From: Laetmonice hystrix
Taxonomy: Eukaryota
Direction: 5' to 3'
Assembly (NCBI GenBank): GCA_965235115.1
Contig: OZ249436.1
Location: 21,392,001-21,456,000 of the forward strand
Length of the DNA: 64,000 nucleotides
The notes under the pieces are model-generated. The model saw only the letters and a program-made list of their open reading frames with translations, was not told the DNA's origin and did no database searches. This document shows positions 1-15,000 of this stretch, piece by piece. Made by a program: the position numbers and the translations under genes. Position 1 is the first letter of the stretch, and each line of letters begins with the position of its first letter.

Positions 1-206
1 GTGTCGCTCACGGTGGGCGGATATGCTTGGTCAGTAGCGGTCATCGGCACGAGCGGCCGCGTGGAGAGACCGACGACGTCGCCACGGCCCACCGGTCAAG
101 CCTGGCGGACGGAGAACAGATCGAGCGCCGGGCGGCGGGCGGACGGCCAATGCTACCACACGCTCACCCCGCTTGCCACATTAAAGGCCGCCACCTTTTT
201 TTTATA
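1..206 (-). promoter_or_regulatory. CpG-rich candidate promoter and first exon, open at the left edge
   Basis: Minus-strand TATAAAA at 206-200, a CpG-dense leader, then an ATG at 44 (MTATDQAYPPTVSD...) reading off the window. Confidence 0.35.
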
Positions 207-2691
207 CAGTAACATTATGGAGGAATTCGAAGCCGCCGCCCCTTTCACCCCCTGAGCCGCATAATGTCCCAGTATATCTCCCCTTTCCTAACCGGACTAT
301 GGACGCTCGGGGTGAACACCGTTACCTTCATGCTGTCCCCATCTACCTGTCACACAGGGCATTGTGCCGCCGCGCCCCGCTATAATAGCAACCCGTGAGA
401 AAGTTCATACGAAACTTAAATATTCCTGTGAAGCCAACTGAGTAGAACCGGACCCACCCCGGCTCGGGGCCAAATGAGATACCGACAGGGTCACCGTGTC
501 ATCCTCGTTTCATGGCTCAGTGCCCCACGCCCTGCTCCCCCCACCCCCACCCCACCCCCACCCCCACTCCAGCGGTCGACACCCCCTGCCCGACACGTTG
601 CGTGATGGCCAGGTATATATAGCGTCACCACATACATTATATGTCCCCAGGCGGACGCCAACCAAAGTCTACTGTCATGTTTTTGCAGAAAGCACCAGTG
701 ACGTTGCAGCGGACTTGAGTTTAATATACGCCCATCAATATAGCGCCCTGATACCTGCACATCGTTCAAGATCGTCTTCAGTCAGTAATCCATGTGTCCG
801 TATAGTGCGTATTGCGTCATCAAAACAATGAAAACACGCATTACGCACTACACATATGGAATCCCTCCAACTTGCTTTTATTGATTTTGATCAATACGCA
901 TTACGCAGTACGCATCACGCCCACACTATACGTACACATGGATTCCTTGCTTTAAACGTGAAGAACTGTAGGCCTAAACGTGTTTCAGTTGGTACAAAAT
1001 TTACCTTAAGTTGTGCAGCAAGTATAGCAATGAACTATATTATGTACTATACATGTATAGACCTATAGGCCTACCAAGAGACCGTATGCTATATATAAAC
1101 ATTCGGCATTCGTCCCCTTACAGCACAAAAACGGTCGCACAAATACATTTTGTAGATCATAAACAATAACAAGTGAAAGGCTTTCCTGGCGGTGTTAGAG
1201 CTCCAGCTTTCTCAACATTCCAGAACGGAGACGTAAAAAACATTTGGCATATAGAAGACGTTTATCGGACGTTCCCTTAATTCACTGCTACAGTATAGTT
1301 TATCATTAGGCTGTCCGAACGCTTCACTTTATCCGACCCGATATATAATTAAATCAGGTTTTTCTAGTTTGTTCCTGTGGCGGTTTTTCAACTTACTCCT
1401 AGGATGCCTATATCCACGTGTTTGTTGTGGTAGACAGCGTCTTGGTGGAGAAAAATCGGGACACAGCAGCGGTAGACTTTATCTACCTTGATCGCCGCAG
1501 ATCGCCGCAGATTAATTTATATATTTTCTATCATTATTATGGTTGCTATTTTTAAAAATCCTTATATTTTATTTATTCTATTTTCATATTCTGAATAAGA
1601 TTCCATCGTTTTAAACGGTTTGCCGCTGAGGTTCTCCAGTAGAGGGCCCAGCTGTTGATGCCTTTTACCACGTTGTAAAATGATGGTGTTGTGGTTTGCT
1701 TCAAGCCGGGCGAGACGGGAGCCACCGGGCCGCGTCCCCCAGCTGGCCCGGTCCGTAGGCCGGCGCGTGCCGCCATGCTCGGCCGGCCCAACCATGGCCG
1801 CCCGCCCGCCACCTACCACCGTCACCGCCGCCCTCAGACTGCGCTCGGCCGACATTCACCACCATGACCAAACCTTCGACCGTTACGTCCCAACCCACCG
1901 AGCTAGCGACACATCAAAACAACGAGCTCCACTGAATATATAGGAATATAGGCCTACTATTGTGTTCAGGTAACTGATGCAGCAAGGTGGGCGGCTGGGT
2001 GACGTAACGTCACGGTCGGCGCACTGGTCGACGACCCTACAGCCTCATTACAGGTGGAGACGCTGCTCGGCGCTCTCCTCACATATACCAACCAACTTCG
2101 TGCATCTATAAAAGGGCCCTGTAAGAAACTTATTGTATACCCAGTCGGTTGTCAATACTTTTATTGCCATCTTATGCCCCTCCTATGGCAATTGATGTCC
2201 ACCATTTCTTATAAATATAATTCCTCTAAAGGTAAGAATATTATGGGGGGTCGTTCTTTCTCCAGACTTCTACAATAGTTTATGAGATTCAATTGTAGTG
2301 GAGAAAAAAACGGCTAAGATCTTCTCAATTACTAGAATTTAAGTTTTCTTTGTGTGTTGCCGGCCTATGTCTTTGTGAACCAAATAGGTGTCTACCCGAC
2401 CTTCAGTGAGGCATGCAGTAATTGCAATGCGCACCCAAGCATGCTCATATAATGGCTCAGTCTCGATCATATTTCGGTTAATGCCCACTGTAATTGCAAT
2501 GTTTACTGCGATTGTGACAACATCAAATTGTGGACTTTGATCATGAATTTAAGACCCATATAATTTGCCTGACCACGACAAAAAGTTCCGAGGTATTCCA
2601 AACAAATTAATGATCCTCACCAAAATTTAAAATAAAAACTGGACATTTCGTTGGCTCACTTTTTAATTATATACACTATGATCTACCGCCC

Positions 2692-2984
2692 TTAAAGCAA
2701 ACAGCGACTATTTCTCATTTCAATGGTTGGCTGTTGACCTGGCATTGACTTGAACAGCCAATGAAAGTCATTGGGCGATGAACCGATGAATTTTATTGGT
2801 TGTTCAAGTCAATGTCAGGTCAACAACCAGCCATGGGACGATCGCTTCATAGCGACTACAGGCAACTGGAATATCGAATTTCATTAGATTTATTTTTCAT
2901 TTCTGTGGGTATACATTTATTGATGGGCCTATGTATAATCTAAGTCCTTATCATCTAACAACCCATGTCTGCATTTTGGAGTCA
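2692..2984. mobile_element. Non-autonomous TTAA-AG (Kolobok-like) element, family A, with an internal hairpin; right TIR lost
   Basis: Begins TTAA-AGCAA...TATTTCTCATTTCAATG. Imperfect inverted repeat at 2723-2834. The body at 2830-2984 matches 22456-22599 directly and about 17018-17148 inverted. Confidence 0.7.
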
Positions 2985-5900
2985 GATATAGTCAGTGTTT
3001 GCTTTAACGTTACGGAGGAAACGTCACACCAAACCTGTTATCATTATGGTTTATTTATGATATACGTTCATCCTGTCTGGAGTACATTCTCATGGTCTCC
3101 TCTTTTAGGGTTTTTACATACGTATACATGTATACACCATGCAATTAATATTTTGCCTCTATATGTGATTTCAGTACAGGCCAAATTCCCCCATAAATGG
3201 GGGACCTTGGAGAGATTCTTCCCTTCTTCTCCTTATACGCCAACAAAGAGCGATATTTCAGTCCACAAAAAACATTTTCATGACAACGCCCATTCGTGCA
3301 CACGTATGTATGCGTCAGTATGACGTAATGTCATGCAGCGCCTCCCAAACACAGCAAAGTTAGGACGCGCAGTATAACTTCCGCGTCGTGAAAGTGGGGA
3401 TACGCCTTTATGGTGACTTCCATACTTCCTTGAAAAGACCAAATTATGCGTAAAGTACATGACGAAACTCAATAAGCGTCACTATACTGATTTACCAACG
3501 CTTAAAACGACCAGCCCCTGCACAGGTCTATCCACCCACGACTTTTATATCTATAGACCCATAGACCTAAAAGGAATTAAACCACAAAGGAAAACGAGAA
3601 TGTTCAGAGTATCTGTTAAAGCAGTGGATTGTATTATATTACAAAGAGATTGACATTTTGAAATGAAGGTCATGCTTCAGAATTTTACGGGGGAGGAGTT
3701 GGAGATGAAAGATTCCTCAGGTGTTATACGGGATAAATGAAATGTATGCATCACCGCTGAACGGGCTCACAATGGAAGGGATAGAGTAACAAAATGGGGG
3801 TGTTACGACATGGTGCATGGTCCAGGTGGTGTCCAGATCAGGCCAAGGATTACACTTTCAAACCGAGATATTATTCACAAATCGTCCATGGCACCATAAA
3901 AACCCCCATCAATACTTGGTGCGTGTCATGCCACCACAAGAAGGAAGCTACCCCTGAATCAAGCTCGGCCCTTGGACTCCAAAGGGTGCAACCCGTGCCC
4001 AGGTCATGTGACATGTTGCCACCCCCTGGTCAGGGCGGTATTTGACATGAAGGCGGCGTTTGGCGGTCTTACAGAGGGTTGCCGCAGCAGAGGTCTGGGT
4101 GGGACAAAAGCATCTCTTGTCTGCAGGTCAGGTGCGAGGGCTCTGACCCACCGGGGCCGACGAAAACAGGGGTGAAAAGGCGAGTAACACACCAGGGAAT
4201 GGTGTCCGCCTTGCCCAGCAGTCGGCAGACGTTTGTGATCTAGAGGTGGTCACCGAAAGCAAAGTGTCAGAACTATGCCAGTTACACTTAGCTGTAGACA
4301 TGCAAAACTAGCATCATCATTACAAGCATCTAGTATTACCTGCACCCACCTTCATTTACCCTGTCCTCACCTCGACCTCCCTACCCACAACAACACCACC
4401 CTTCCTTGTCTTGTAATATATGGCGGCCTGGGCCCTGCCCTTGGCTATGCGATAGAGCCACCTATTAGGATAATAGTAAAACGGATTGCTCACAAGATAT
4501 GATTCCAGAAAACATCAAAAAGAAACATATTAATTCACTGCATGTTTTCATCAACCATGCCGATACAGCCATTTTATTTTCTTAAACCTTCACCAGCTTC
4601 GTTATTCGAGACCTTGCGCTTTTTTTCTGTGCATATTCACAGTGCACCAGCACGTCCACATGACACACAGGCAAACCACCTAAAACAATTATCACTGCCA
4701 AGTGCCACCCCTGCCCTGCCCGCACGCACGCACGCACACCTGTTTCTACATGCTACAGGTAATGAGCCGGCGGCCAGGTGTCCCCGGCAATCCGTGAGAA
4801 CCGGCCGGCCAACCGGCCGACAGCCAGGCTGGTGTCCGTCTCATGGAAGTCGGGTAAAGGACATCAGCCCCCGCTGGCGATCACCGTCAACTTGTCATCA
4901 GGGACAACCCTATAGCTCATGGAAACCGGAAACAACATAACCTGCCCATATACTGTTCATTATGCATGCATCCCCCACCCCACCCCACCCCAACTACACT
5001 TAAGTTTCTGCTTGGCCTCACGAATGTACTGGTATGTGACGGGACTTACGACAAAAAGGGCATAAAATGAAATAAAAATATAACCCTAAAATAGCGCCTT
5101 GACATATATGGTTCTGTATTTATCATAAATCTATTATAATTAGGTTTGGATGACGTCGGGATGACGGCCATAATTAAGATGTTTACGTTTTGAATTCCGA
5201 ATCGCAATTTTTCTTTGATGGATGGGCAGTGAGTGATGACATTCTATTCAGATATGTCGTAGCTGGTGAACATCTCGGAATCAGATTCACAATATAGTTT
5301 GACACGATAGGGTGCAAACATCTGTTTATGTCCTAATAATAGCCAACTGTTTGAAATAACACATCTATATCCATACAGGTTACAAAAGCTGACACACTAG
5401 CTTATAGTGTAGTTATAGAATGCAGTACAGACACTAGGCAATACAGGAACATACTGCATGTGTCAGTAAGTGTCCATGCAAGTTAAAACCAGATTCGAAT
5501 GCCACTGTCCCGTGCTCGTGATGACTAAAGATTGTCATGGCCATATGATCTGCACCAGGTCTTCTATAGCACCTTATCTCTAAAGAGGGTCGTTTTGTCC
5601 TACAGATGCCCTCAGCGGCCTGTGATGTGGTCCTCACCTCTCAACGAGAGGGTATAGTGGCCCTCTGATGAACTGTCTACGGGGTCATACCCAACACAAC
5701 GGGTGCCAGTGTCTGTTTGGATCGCCCAGGTATATTCTAGGCAGACTCGGGTGCCGACCCCTCTGACTAATGTCAGGATCCCCGCCCCTAACCCGACTGT
5801 ATGGTGACTGACTGGCCCGCCGGCCACTGCCCATTGACTGCCCAACTATAGCATCGCTGTTACCCCTTCAGGCTGAAACCTATAGGATTGTTAGATGTAC

Positions 5901-6434
5901 CCAGGTCAGGGGGTCAAGTAACAGGTTGATAGCGGAGGTATGGGGTCACAGGGTGACCATCAGGGTGACAGACAGTCGACTGTGGTCAAGGTATGGAAGA
6001 CGCCAGTGAACAGAAACACCTGAGTGTAACACAGGGCATGGCCCCTTAACCTTGTGCCCTGCTTCAGATCGAATGTGTGCGCTTTATATTATTCCATGGA
6101 AATAACCATACCGCTTGGAGCCACACACGATGTGTTACAGTTAAAATATCTTAACCTAGGTGTTAACCTAACAAACTATGTACATGTAATCTATTCTTTT
6201 TTCCAGAGACGCCGAGCAATTTTCACGCGTTAGGCCTACATTATACACGTTTCGGTGGAGATGATTAAAGGAAATCTGTCCGAAAATTGAAATAAACGCA
6301 GTCAATTCAACAAAACTTGAGTAAAAACAATTATTTCCACATCGACAATATTTTTAATTAATTAATTAAGCGTTTACCTATTTGGCTAGAGACGAGAGCA
6401 CGCGAATCAAATCATGCCCTTATTTGGATTATGG

Positions 6435-6678
6435 GGGAGGGCGGGTGGAGCAGTGAGAGGCAACGCATGCGCCCAATCCCGTTGCTTAGTAACGACCGCC
6501 CTAACAATGCTAACGCGGTCATGGCGGTCGGTTTAGGTTCTCAGTCCATTGAGATGAAAAATATGGGATGTATCGCCTCGTTATGGCTCATAATCATCAC
6601 CAGACCTAGCACAACAATGTTATGGATACGACAGAATGTTTTATCAGTCCAGTGGGATAGATTCAAGATCAGGTAAGC
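6435..6678 (+). promoter_or_regulatory. Promoter-like motif cluster with an RFX X-box-like site and a downstream splice donor
   Basis: GGGCGG near 6440, CCAAT near 6473, GTTGCTTAGTAAC at 6481-6493, donor cag|gtaagc at 6672/6673. Confidence 0.35.
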
Positions 6679-9600
6679 TTGGAATACGCGGATTTGTAGG
6701 AGATATGAGGACACCGCTTCGACAAAACTCGCGGCCGTAGGGTGATCGACTACCTTTAATTAGGAATACGAAGTTAATACTGTTCATTACTCCATCCACT
6801 GGTGATGGGTAATCGGCTGCCTCCTGTGCAGTCCTCCGGATTTGACCTATTTGACCATGTAGGTAGAGGACCTATCCATTGCTCTGTGCGCACGCCGATT
6901 GGATGTGATTTTGTCGTCTGCTACGCACGTCACAACCATTTCCTTTGACGTCATGGTGTGGCCACTGACGTGGGACATAGTCAAGCTGCATTGTGATTAA
7001 ACTGCAGCACATGTTATCGGTTAGAGTCTCATCATTAGGGACTAAACTGCGCGAAAGGGCCTTACGGGAATCAGTGACAGGTGGTGGGGGCTTTCTTGTG
7101 AGATAGGCGCAACTGTGTTTGATGTTGGTCTAGGCCAGGAGGTATGTCCAAGTAGGCCCTATAATGTACTGACTGGTATACTATAAGAAACTATAAGGAA
7201 GGCTATACATCTGTTAATGGTGGCCCGTATGAGTATGACATCAGAGTTGCGTCCAGATCTCCGTGGCAGGCAAGAGAACATACTGCTGATACATGATAGT
7301 CTACAAGCGCCGGACACGTAGGAGCTCCTTAAACACAAACAAAAGCGTCCATACATAGAGGAATATTTGGCGTCCCCCTGTTCCCTAACACTCAAACACA
7401 AAACGCCCCTATGAGATGTGCTATAAAAGGCCTACAAACGTGTATTTTCCCTTTGACATCCAAAATACCGTAAGTAGGATTGCTGACGAATTCGCCGCGA
7501 GGGCAATCACCGTACTACCTTGTCTTCAGAGAACTACGACACAGTCCTTCAATAACACAACCCCTAATATATCTAATAAGAGGGTTTAAGTCAGCCGCTG
7601 TCTCCGCCATCGGAAACCAAAGAGCGGTCGAACGCTGAGGAACGTCGTCTCTTGTAATCTCGGCTGAATCGAGACTGACCTGGAGAGTGAAGAGGTCAAA
7701 CGAGTACGCCATCTGTTGGCGTGTAGTGTTGCCCTTCCAGTGCCCTGTGTTGTGTGACCGGAGCCAATGAGGGGACCAAGCGACGCAGAACGGGTAGTCG
7801 AGGACGTACATTATCGGCCAGTGGTATCTAGACCCCCTACAGAGATACTGCATACTTTCTGTTTGCTTTTATTTAATTTTGTTTCCATGTGTGTTTTACG
7901 TTTCTTTATGGTACAATAACCTTTCAAATTTACTTATTGCACCCCCTAGAGATAGGATCAGTTTACAGTTAAACACGTTGGATAAAATTTGATAAACTTC
8001 TCGACTATCAAACTTTGCATCTAAATTAATTGATACCCTCATATATTAAACCCTTACAACACCAAAACACTAAGAACACACCCCTTCTTACCACGCACAC
8101 CCCCTTTGCACGCACACCCCCTATGCACGCACACATCCATACATGTACGTTACATATGCATGTACATGTATTCACAGGCCGTGACTTTTCCGTAAAGAGG
8201 GATTGGACAAAATGCAATCGACCCGGGTCGCTGTCCATACCTTGACCTGGCCAGGATGGGCGGTGGGGTGAGGGGGGGGGGGGGGTAATAAGTGATCAGT
8301 TGTCATCCTATACTGACGGGCATCATCAGAAACATGGTTCAGTGAACTGTCATTGGGTCGCCAGGGTCATGGCAAAGCCACTCTCCTTTTATGAACTCTT
8401 CACTAGGATTAAGATGAGGCTTAACTTAGATCTACTGTAACTAAACTATCTTATCATTTTCTTCCACATATAATGCATAATTTCGTCCCCTTTTTATATA
8501 GTTTTAAGCTCAGACACTAGTGGCTTGAAATTGTACCATCTATTTTAGTGTCATTGGAAATCTTAGGAAGTTTGTCCCCACTGACCTTGACTTCCTTATA
8601 ATGGGGCATGCGATCAGCATGACTTATCTGAACACATAACATGCCCATGGGAACATTAACATCACGCAAATACATTTGAAGACCTTAGAAATGGGATCAT
8701 CATGATTCATTCGAAGTTAAGGATATTATCAAGTAGCAGGTTCAGGTATATCTACACACACCCAGACGGGGAGTGTCATTCTAAGTGTCTCTTCAGAGTG
8801 ATTACACAAACATCTCTGACGTCATACGTCCCTGTCAGTTCATATATCCCTCTCATGTGTAAATACCTACATCCGTATAGATAACATATAATTGTACGCA
8901 TATTAAGATGTATAAATATCTAACTATTCTAAATACATGTAAACATATTTTCCAGGTAGACACATACATTCTCGAACTATCTACGTGTTCTTCCTATCCT
9001 TCTCAATATGTTTACATATAGTATGCACAGTATGCTTGCATGTGTGCATATGCATACACCCATGGATACACACAGATTCATACATACGTACATACGTACA
9101 TAATGTACATTATAAATAAATATTGTTACCTAAACCTACATTAACATGCTGTTCATTATGCTACGGTGAATAATGTCCTAGACCATATGATTCTTTCAGT
9201 GGTTGTAAACGCTGTTTAGTTACGAGTGACCTGTAGCCCGGATAATTGTAGTGACACACTTAGAGGCGATGAATTAGTGGTCCGATAGAAACAAACTTCT
9301 TTTTTTTCTCTTTCTCTCTCGAAATAGGCCAGGACACGGCGCTATCTTACACTGCCTGAAGCGAAGGGTAGCTCCCCCATCTCTGCCAGTGCCAATCCCC
9401 CTCTCATATTGTAAACTTGTAAAGGGATCAAAGTTACCTGTGTTTGTCACCCGCACCGTGGTCTGTTTTCTGCGTCACGCCCCCACCCCCACCCCCACCC
9501 CCAACTTCACCGCCCCCTAGTCTATCCCAGAGCCAAGACAACGTTGTTTTTCGGAATGTCTGAGTGTCATTCGCCCTGTAACAGAGCTGTAGGCGGGGAG

Positions 9601-12035
9601 GGGGGTTAACTCATGCCTACCAAATACAACGACAATCCTTTTTCAACGCAGGTCAACGCAGAGTTGGCAAGGAGTCCTTGGTCTTTATGAGCCTTCGCTC
9701 GGTACCCAGTCAAAGGGTCGGTTTCTTGTGCAAATGCCAAAGTTTGTCAAAGATTCTTGGTTCTCCTTGGCAAAGGCCAGGATCTTGGCGTGCAAGAATC
9801 TAATGGTAGCCGCTAAAACGGACGGAAGGAGGTCTACGTTGTCAGAAAACACCCACGGCAGGGACACAGGCAGACATATCCGCGTCTCCGGGTGTTGGTC
9901 CCACCGTATAATTATCCTGCCTCAATGTGCCCGGCCAAATCATAGCCCGGCACAAGTTGTTTGGGAAAATTGCGTCCCCCTTTCCTTTAGCTCAGCAAAT
10001 GGCATAATAGAGATCGATTACGGTTATCACAAGCTAGGGAGAATCGATTATCGCCACTGTTGTAGGGCTGGCACATCAGTCGTTCCGTTACGATAATCGC
10101 AGTATATTTTCGGGCATATCACAACACAAGCCTAAATATCTGCATTGAACGACAAGAATAATACCCGTTGTATACTAGTGGCTCAGAAATGGGACAGTGG
10201 CCTTTTACAAAGAGCCTCCCACCGGATCCAAAACGTCTGCGACTAAACCCATTCCCGAATATGGCTTTTACAATGCGTCACGCTGGCCCACCAATCGGGG
10301 GCCGAAATGCCAGAGTGAACGGCGCGCTCTGATTCGGCAAGCGCGTGGCATCATGGTTGCATGACGCCCGATCCACGCGCCGATAAAGTCCTATAGGGAC
10401 ATATCAACTTCAAGTATTATATCCCTAATCTTCCAGAACAGCTATCCAACCATGCCCCTGAACAGTTTCTCCTCTGAAGTGGCACTGTACCATAATACAG
10501 AACTGGGTTTATTGCCCCAACAATGCCTGCATGACGCCCTGAAAACGAAACTCCAGAGGAATCTTCACCATTTAGTTATAGTTTATGGTGCTTAATGACC
10601 TGCTAGCAATATTTCTGCCGTAATAACGCGGTCATTTTATTTAGCAAAGAACTTGCCCCTAGAGAAAATGTTTCCATTCTGCAGGTGTAACGGAAAAACA
10701 ACTTTCAGACTGGAAAACTTTGCGGGGGGTCCTTTCCTATAAGAGAACTTCCGGGCAATCTGAGCCGTCATTTCCGGTTAGCAAACATTTCCTACCCTAT
10801 AGTCGCATTGTTGTCTCCGAGTCGACTGTGTACTAAGTACTTCGTACGCAAAAATACACGTATTTCAGTTGCATGTATTTCTTGCATCTCGAGTTGGTGT
10901 CTATCCCTGCTTGTTTCCCCCTATCCTTGTCCTCCATTTCCTGCCTCGCACCCTCAGGAAGACAACAAAACCAAACAAGATTACATCAAGAAGTGTTTTT
11001 GACTGGTTTCCCCTGAAAAAGCGTCGTTTCACCCAGTTTCTATGCTCCCGCTGTGCCCGACTCGCCCCTGGGTACGCCTCCCTGTTGGACTTACTAATAA
11101 AACTCGCTTTGTTACACTAAATAATCCTAGATAAATCCCAGCCGCAGTAATCATGCAGTGACGCACGCCTCCCCAACCCCACCGACCTGAATTGACCGCC
11201 ATCTCGGGCGGACAACCCCCTTTCTTAATAAGGGTACTTGATACATCCCCTTACCCTCCCGACACCCCTTATTGTGCCCACCAATCACGAGGATCGGGTT
11301 ACACCTATAGGCAACCCGTTTACATATGTTAGGTGTATGCGCGGAGATCATTTATGCCGGTTCAATGTCCCTTCCCTGGCATTCTCGCTGAATGCTAGAC
11401 AACAACATATTGCTGTCAAGGGTTCGGGAGAGGGTTGTCAGTTTCTGGGGTGTGGCCGTCTATAGACTGGGGCCAAACGATGAGCTTCAAACGATGACAC
11501 CCACATGGTGCTGATATAATCGCTGGCCGACCTTAAACGTACCTGTATATGTGCCACCTGGAGGGCATTCTCAGCACAAAGTTAGCCACAATCTACAGAA
11601 ACCCAAGATGCCAGAGTGAAGACCAAAGTTTTATTTTTAAACACAAATTTAAGAAGAGCAGGTCTATGTATACACTATATGTTTTGAAAATGTAAACTGA
11701 CCCCCCCCCCCCCTCCCATCTCGCTCGTGGTCAGCATATTACTTCTCACTCGTTTATTTCTCACTCGTCGCGAGATTCCGAGAGATCTCGCAGTAAAGAA
11801 TATCACATTTACTACAAAGAAAAATCCCGCGAGATGAGGTTTCAGTTGGTATTTATAAAACGCAGTTAGAGCTGCAATTTGTTAATGATTATTATTAATC
11901 AAGCATATATATAGACCGATACCTTTTCTATATCTTTCTTCGAATATATGAATTTTGCTTTCACTATGACATCGACTTTCGTAACAACATGACGTGGAAT
12001 TAACCCCTTTAAATGTGAAAGTGATGAGCACCTAC

Positions 12036-12075
12036 CTCGTACAGTTACTTGCTGGGCACCGTTCATCCTGGTTAT
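12036..12075 (-). other. Candidate isolated 40-nt exon of an unidentified minus-strand gene
   Basis: The minus strand reads attttgttttacag|ATAACCAGGATGAACGGTGCCCAGCAAGTAACTGTACGAG|gtaggt, with a good acceptor and donor. It contains an ATG (MNGAQQVTVR), and a second frame is also open. Confidence 0.45.
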
Positions 12076-15000
12076 CTGTAAAACAAAATTTAAAAGACAT
12101 CTTGAAACTTACTGAAGCAGAAAGTTTGGGGGGGGGGGGTTACCACTAAATAGCAATACTAATAGAAAACCGATTCCGTTTGAGAAGTTATTGCATGTAG
12201 CGATATAACACATCTGTTATATGTTTTAAAATCATGTTGGCAGTAGCATTTGCAGGAGTTAACCATCGTTTTATCCTATTGAGATTACTAACGCAACCTG
12301 GTCGATATATCCTCCCAGGATCGCCTAATTAGTGCATGGAAGTCCTAACAAGAACACCCACGACGGTTCTGTATATAAAAACTCCCGACAAGATATCAAA
12401 CCTCCGAGATCCTCGAACACCTAGAAATAAACGCGTCCCCCTGTCAACGGTGAGAACAACCCAATGTCATACACATCAAGTCAGGATCCAGGAGTGCTCG
12501 TCAAGGATAAACAGTCCCGTAGACGACCAGTAATTCAGCCTACGTCAAGGGTAAAGACCTACTGGCGCCCAGAGTATGACCTACGTCAATGGTGATGACC
12601 TTCGGACGCCCATACTGTACCTGAACGGGGAGGTCCTAGGCGCCATGTAAGGTAATATAGATCAACGGTGGAGGTCTGGGAAGGACGATGGGAAACCATC
12701 AAAGCGGCCCAATGTCAGACTTCATGTTGATTGTCCACATTTTTCAAATGCAAAAAGGACTTTTTCGGGATCTCCCGTTGACAAAATGATTGCCTGGTCA
12801 TTCCAACTGCGCGTCCCATAGCGGGACTTCAGACCTACAAGCACAGGACATTCAGCACTCGTACAATGCGAGATGGACAAAGGCACGGGCTGTAAAGACG
12901 TTGACAAATGATTTCTAAGTGTAGATAAGATCGCTCCCATTCAAAATAATACTCTAAATACGTCCTCCCAACGTCAGACGTGCAGCTGAAAAGTGGCAAT
13001 CTAGCCTGGACGCGAGGTGTAAGAAATGACGATTATTTCCTCGCTGACACGGTAGATTGTGAGGCGGCAAAGTGCAGACCCGAGTTGGTGGTGGGTCAAT
13101 GCTGGGGTATTCCACTCCTGACATTAGCCAGTAAAATCAGGCTGTTCTTTGTGAAGTCAGGCATACCGGAAACTACTGCTTCAGGTTCTCGCTTTTGTGC
13201 TAATGGTAAGTGTACCGGTATCTTTAAAACGAGGGCGGCGGCTCCAAGAAAACTATTGGCGTTTACCGATATTGGCCGGGTAGGGAGCAACCGCAAGGTG
13301 CAGGCTGCACCATTATATGGGCATCTAATATAAACGATGTCCAGAACAGTGCAATAGACGATATTGTTCTTTCAAAAGGCCCGACGGACTGGCTAATCGG
13401 AGTTGAAGAATTAATTCTTAAAGCTAGTAGGAAATGATGCGAGGACAGAGGTTTGGCGCATGACGCTGCATGTCCAGTTTTCTGGTGAAGAGCTTTGCAT
13501 ACGTTCAGGGAGTTGACGACATTCACCGCATGTTTTCGCCCCTAACTCTCTCTGCCCCCGCCCACATCAACCCGAGTGCACGCCGTGTCGCATGAATGTT
13601 TTATCTACTGATGGACCACGTCAACCTTTCTATACTAAATGGAAGTTTCCCCTCTATTGAACCCGGTTCAGTCTAAAGGGGGCAGGCATACCAGAGGCGT
13701 TTTATTGCAATTCAACCCTTGACTTACATCTATGAAGAAGTTTGAAAGGCCAGCAACGTCGGCCATAAAGGCAACGATGTCCTTTCAAACACAGCATGTC
13801 TCCTGCTAATGTTCTTCATGAGAAATAGGTTAAGGTCTCTGTTAGGAATGAGTAACTGTATGCTGTCAAAGCCTTAATGTCATTTCTATTATTGTCTGCT
13901 GGGCGATATTTAAGGTGTCTTCTACATGTTTAACCCAAAGTTTCCTTCACAAAAAATAGGTTCTGGTAAACCGACCTTTTGGTTTGAAAAACAACTTTTG
14001 AGAATTTTGTTTTTCTTTCTTTTCTTTTTTCTTTTTATTTTAACGTTATCTAGGTGTTAACCACCCTGCCTGGCCACAGGTTACACAGTTAAAAAAGCTT
14101 TGTCTTGGGAGGACTTTAGCTTGAGACATGTAACTTGCAATGACAAACATACCTTTAGTGAACTATCCTCAGCGCCCTTTAGGTCGCAGGATATGCATGC
14201 GGCCATATCAGGCCTAGACATGACATGGTGATTCAACAGGCGCCGAATGAGAGGCTAGCTTTCGTGTCGACAGTGAAATCGCACTATTAACCGTGATTGT
14301 CTGCCAAGGCCTTGGTCTTACCTCCAGTTAGTCCTCCGCGGATGTTTGGGGTGACATGCGTGATTAAGGAATCGTCGGTGTTTTGCGGAGGGACGAGCCC
14401 GTAAAGAAGGAAGCCCCATCCCCTGCCCCTGTCACGCATACCTGTAGATATAGTACTTACACCACCCACAGCCACGATAACACAATTACCCAGCCTGGAA
14501 TGTGATTTGCATTCCACCTTTATTAGTGTAAAACGGTTAGCGACGGAAAGCGAAGATTATTCCTTTGCATGATTTCGCATCAGTCATTTAGTTCAGGCCG
14601 TATGCGTACGACAGAACTTTCACGACCTGATATGTTTTTCTTACTTATTAAGTCTTCCTATTCCAAAAACAACAAGAGGCATGTGAGTACAGGGTATAAA
14701 TACGTCACTGAAGTTGAGATTGCCTCCCCCCTATACCAGGAAGACAGTCCCACTGGTCCCGTATAGATTGGAGATCTATCTTACCCCTTTAGGCTGTCCA
14801 TGGTACTGCAGGTGTAACAGCGAACCTTACACAAATACATTAGACCATTGTCCCTACATATGTGTACAACTTTGTGAAGAGGAGGCATTCCTTGGTGCAT
14901 GAAGTTAGCAACTCGCAAAATTGGTGTGACAATCCTTGCACAATAACAACAGGCACATCCATCCCAAGCGATCACACCAACCTTACAATATATCCACCAA

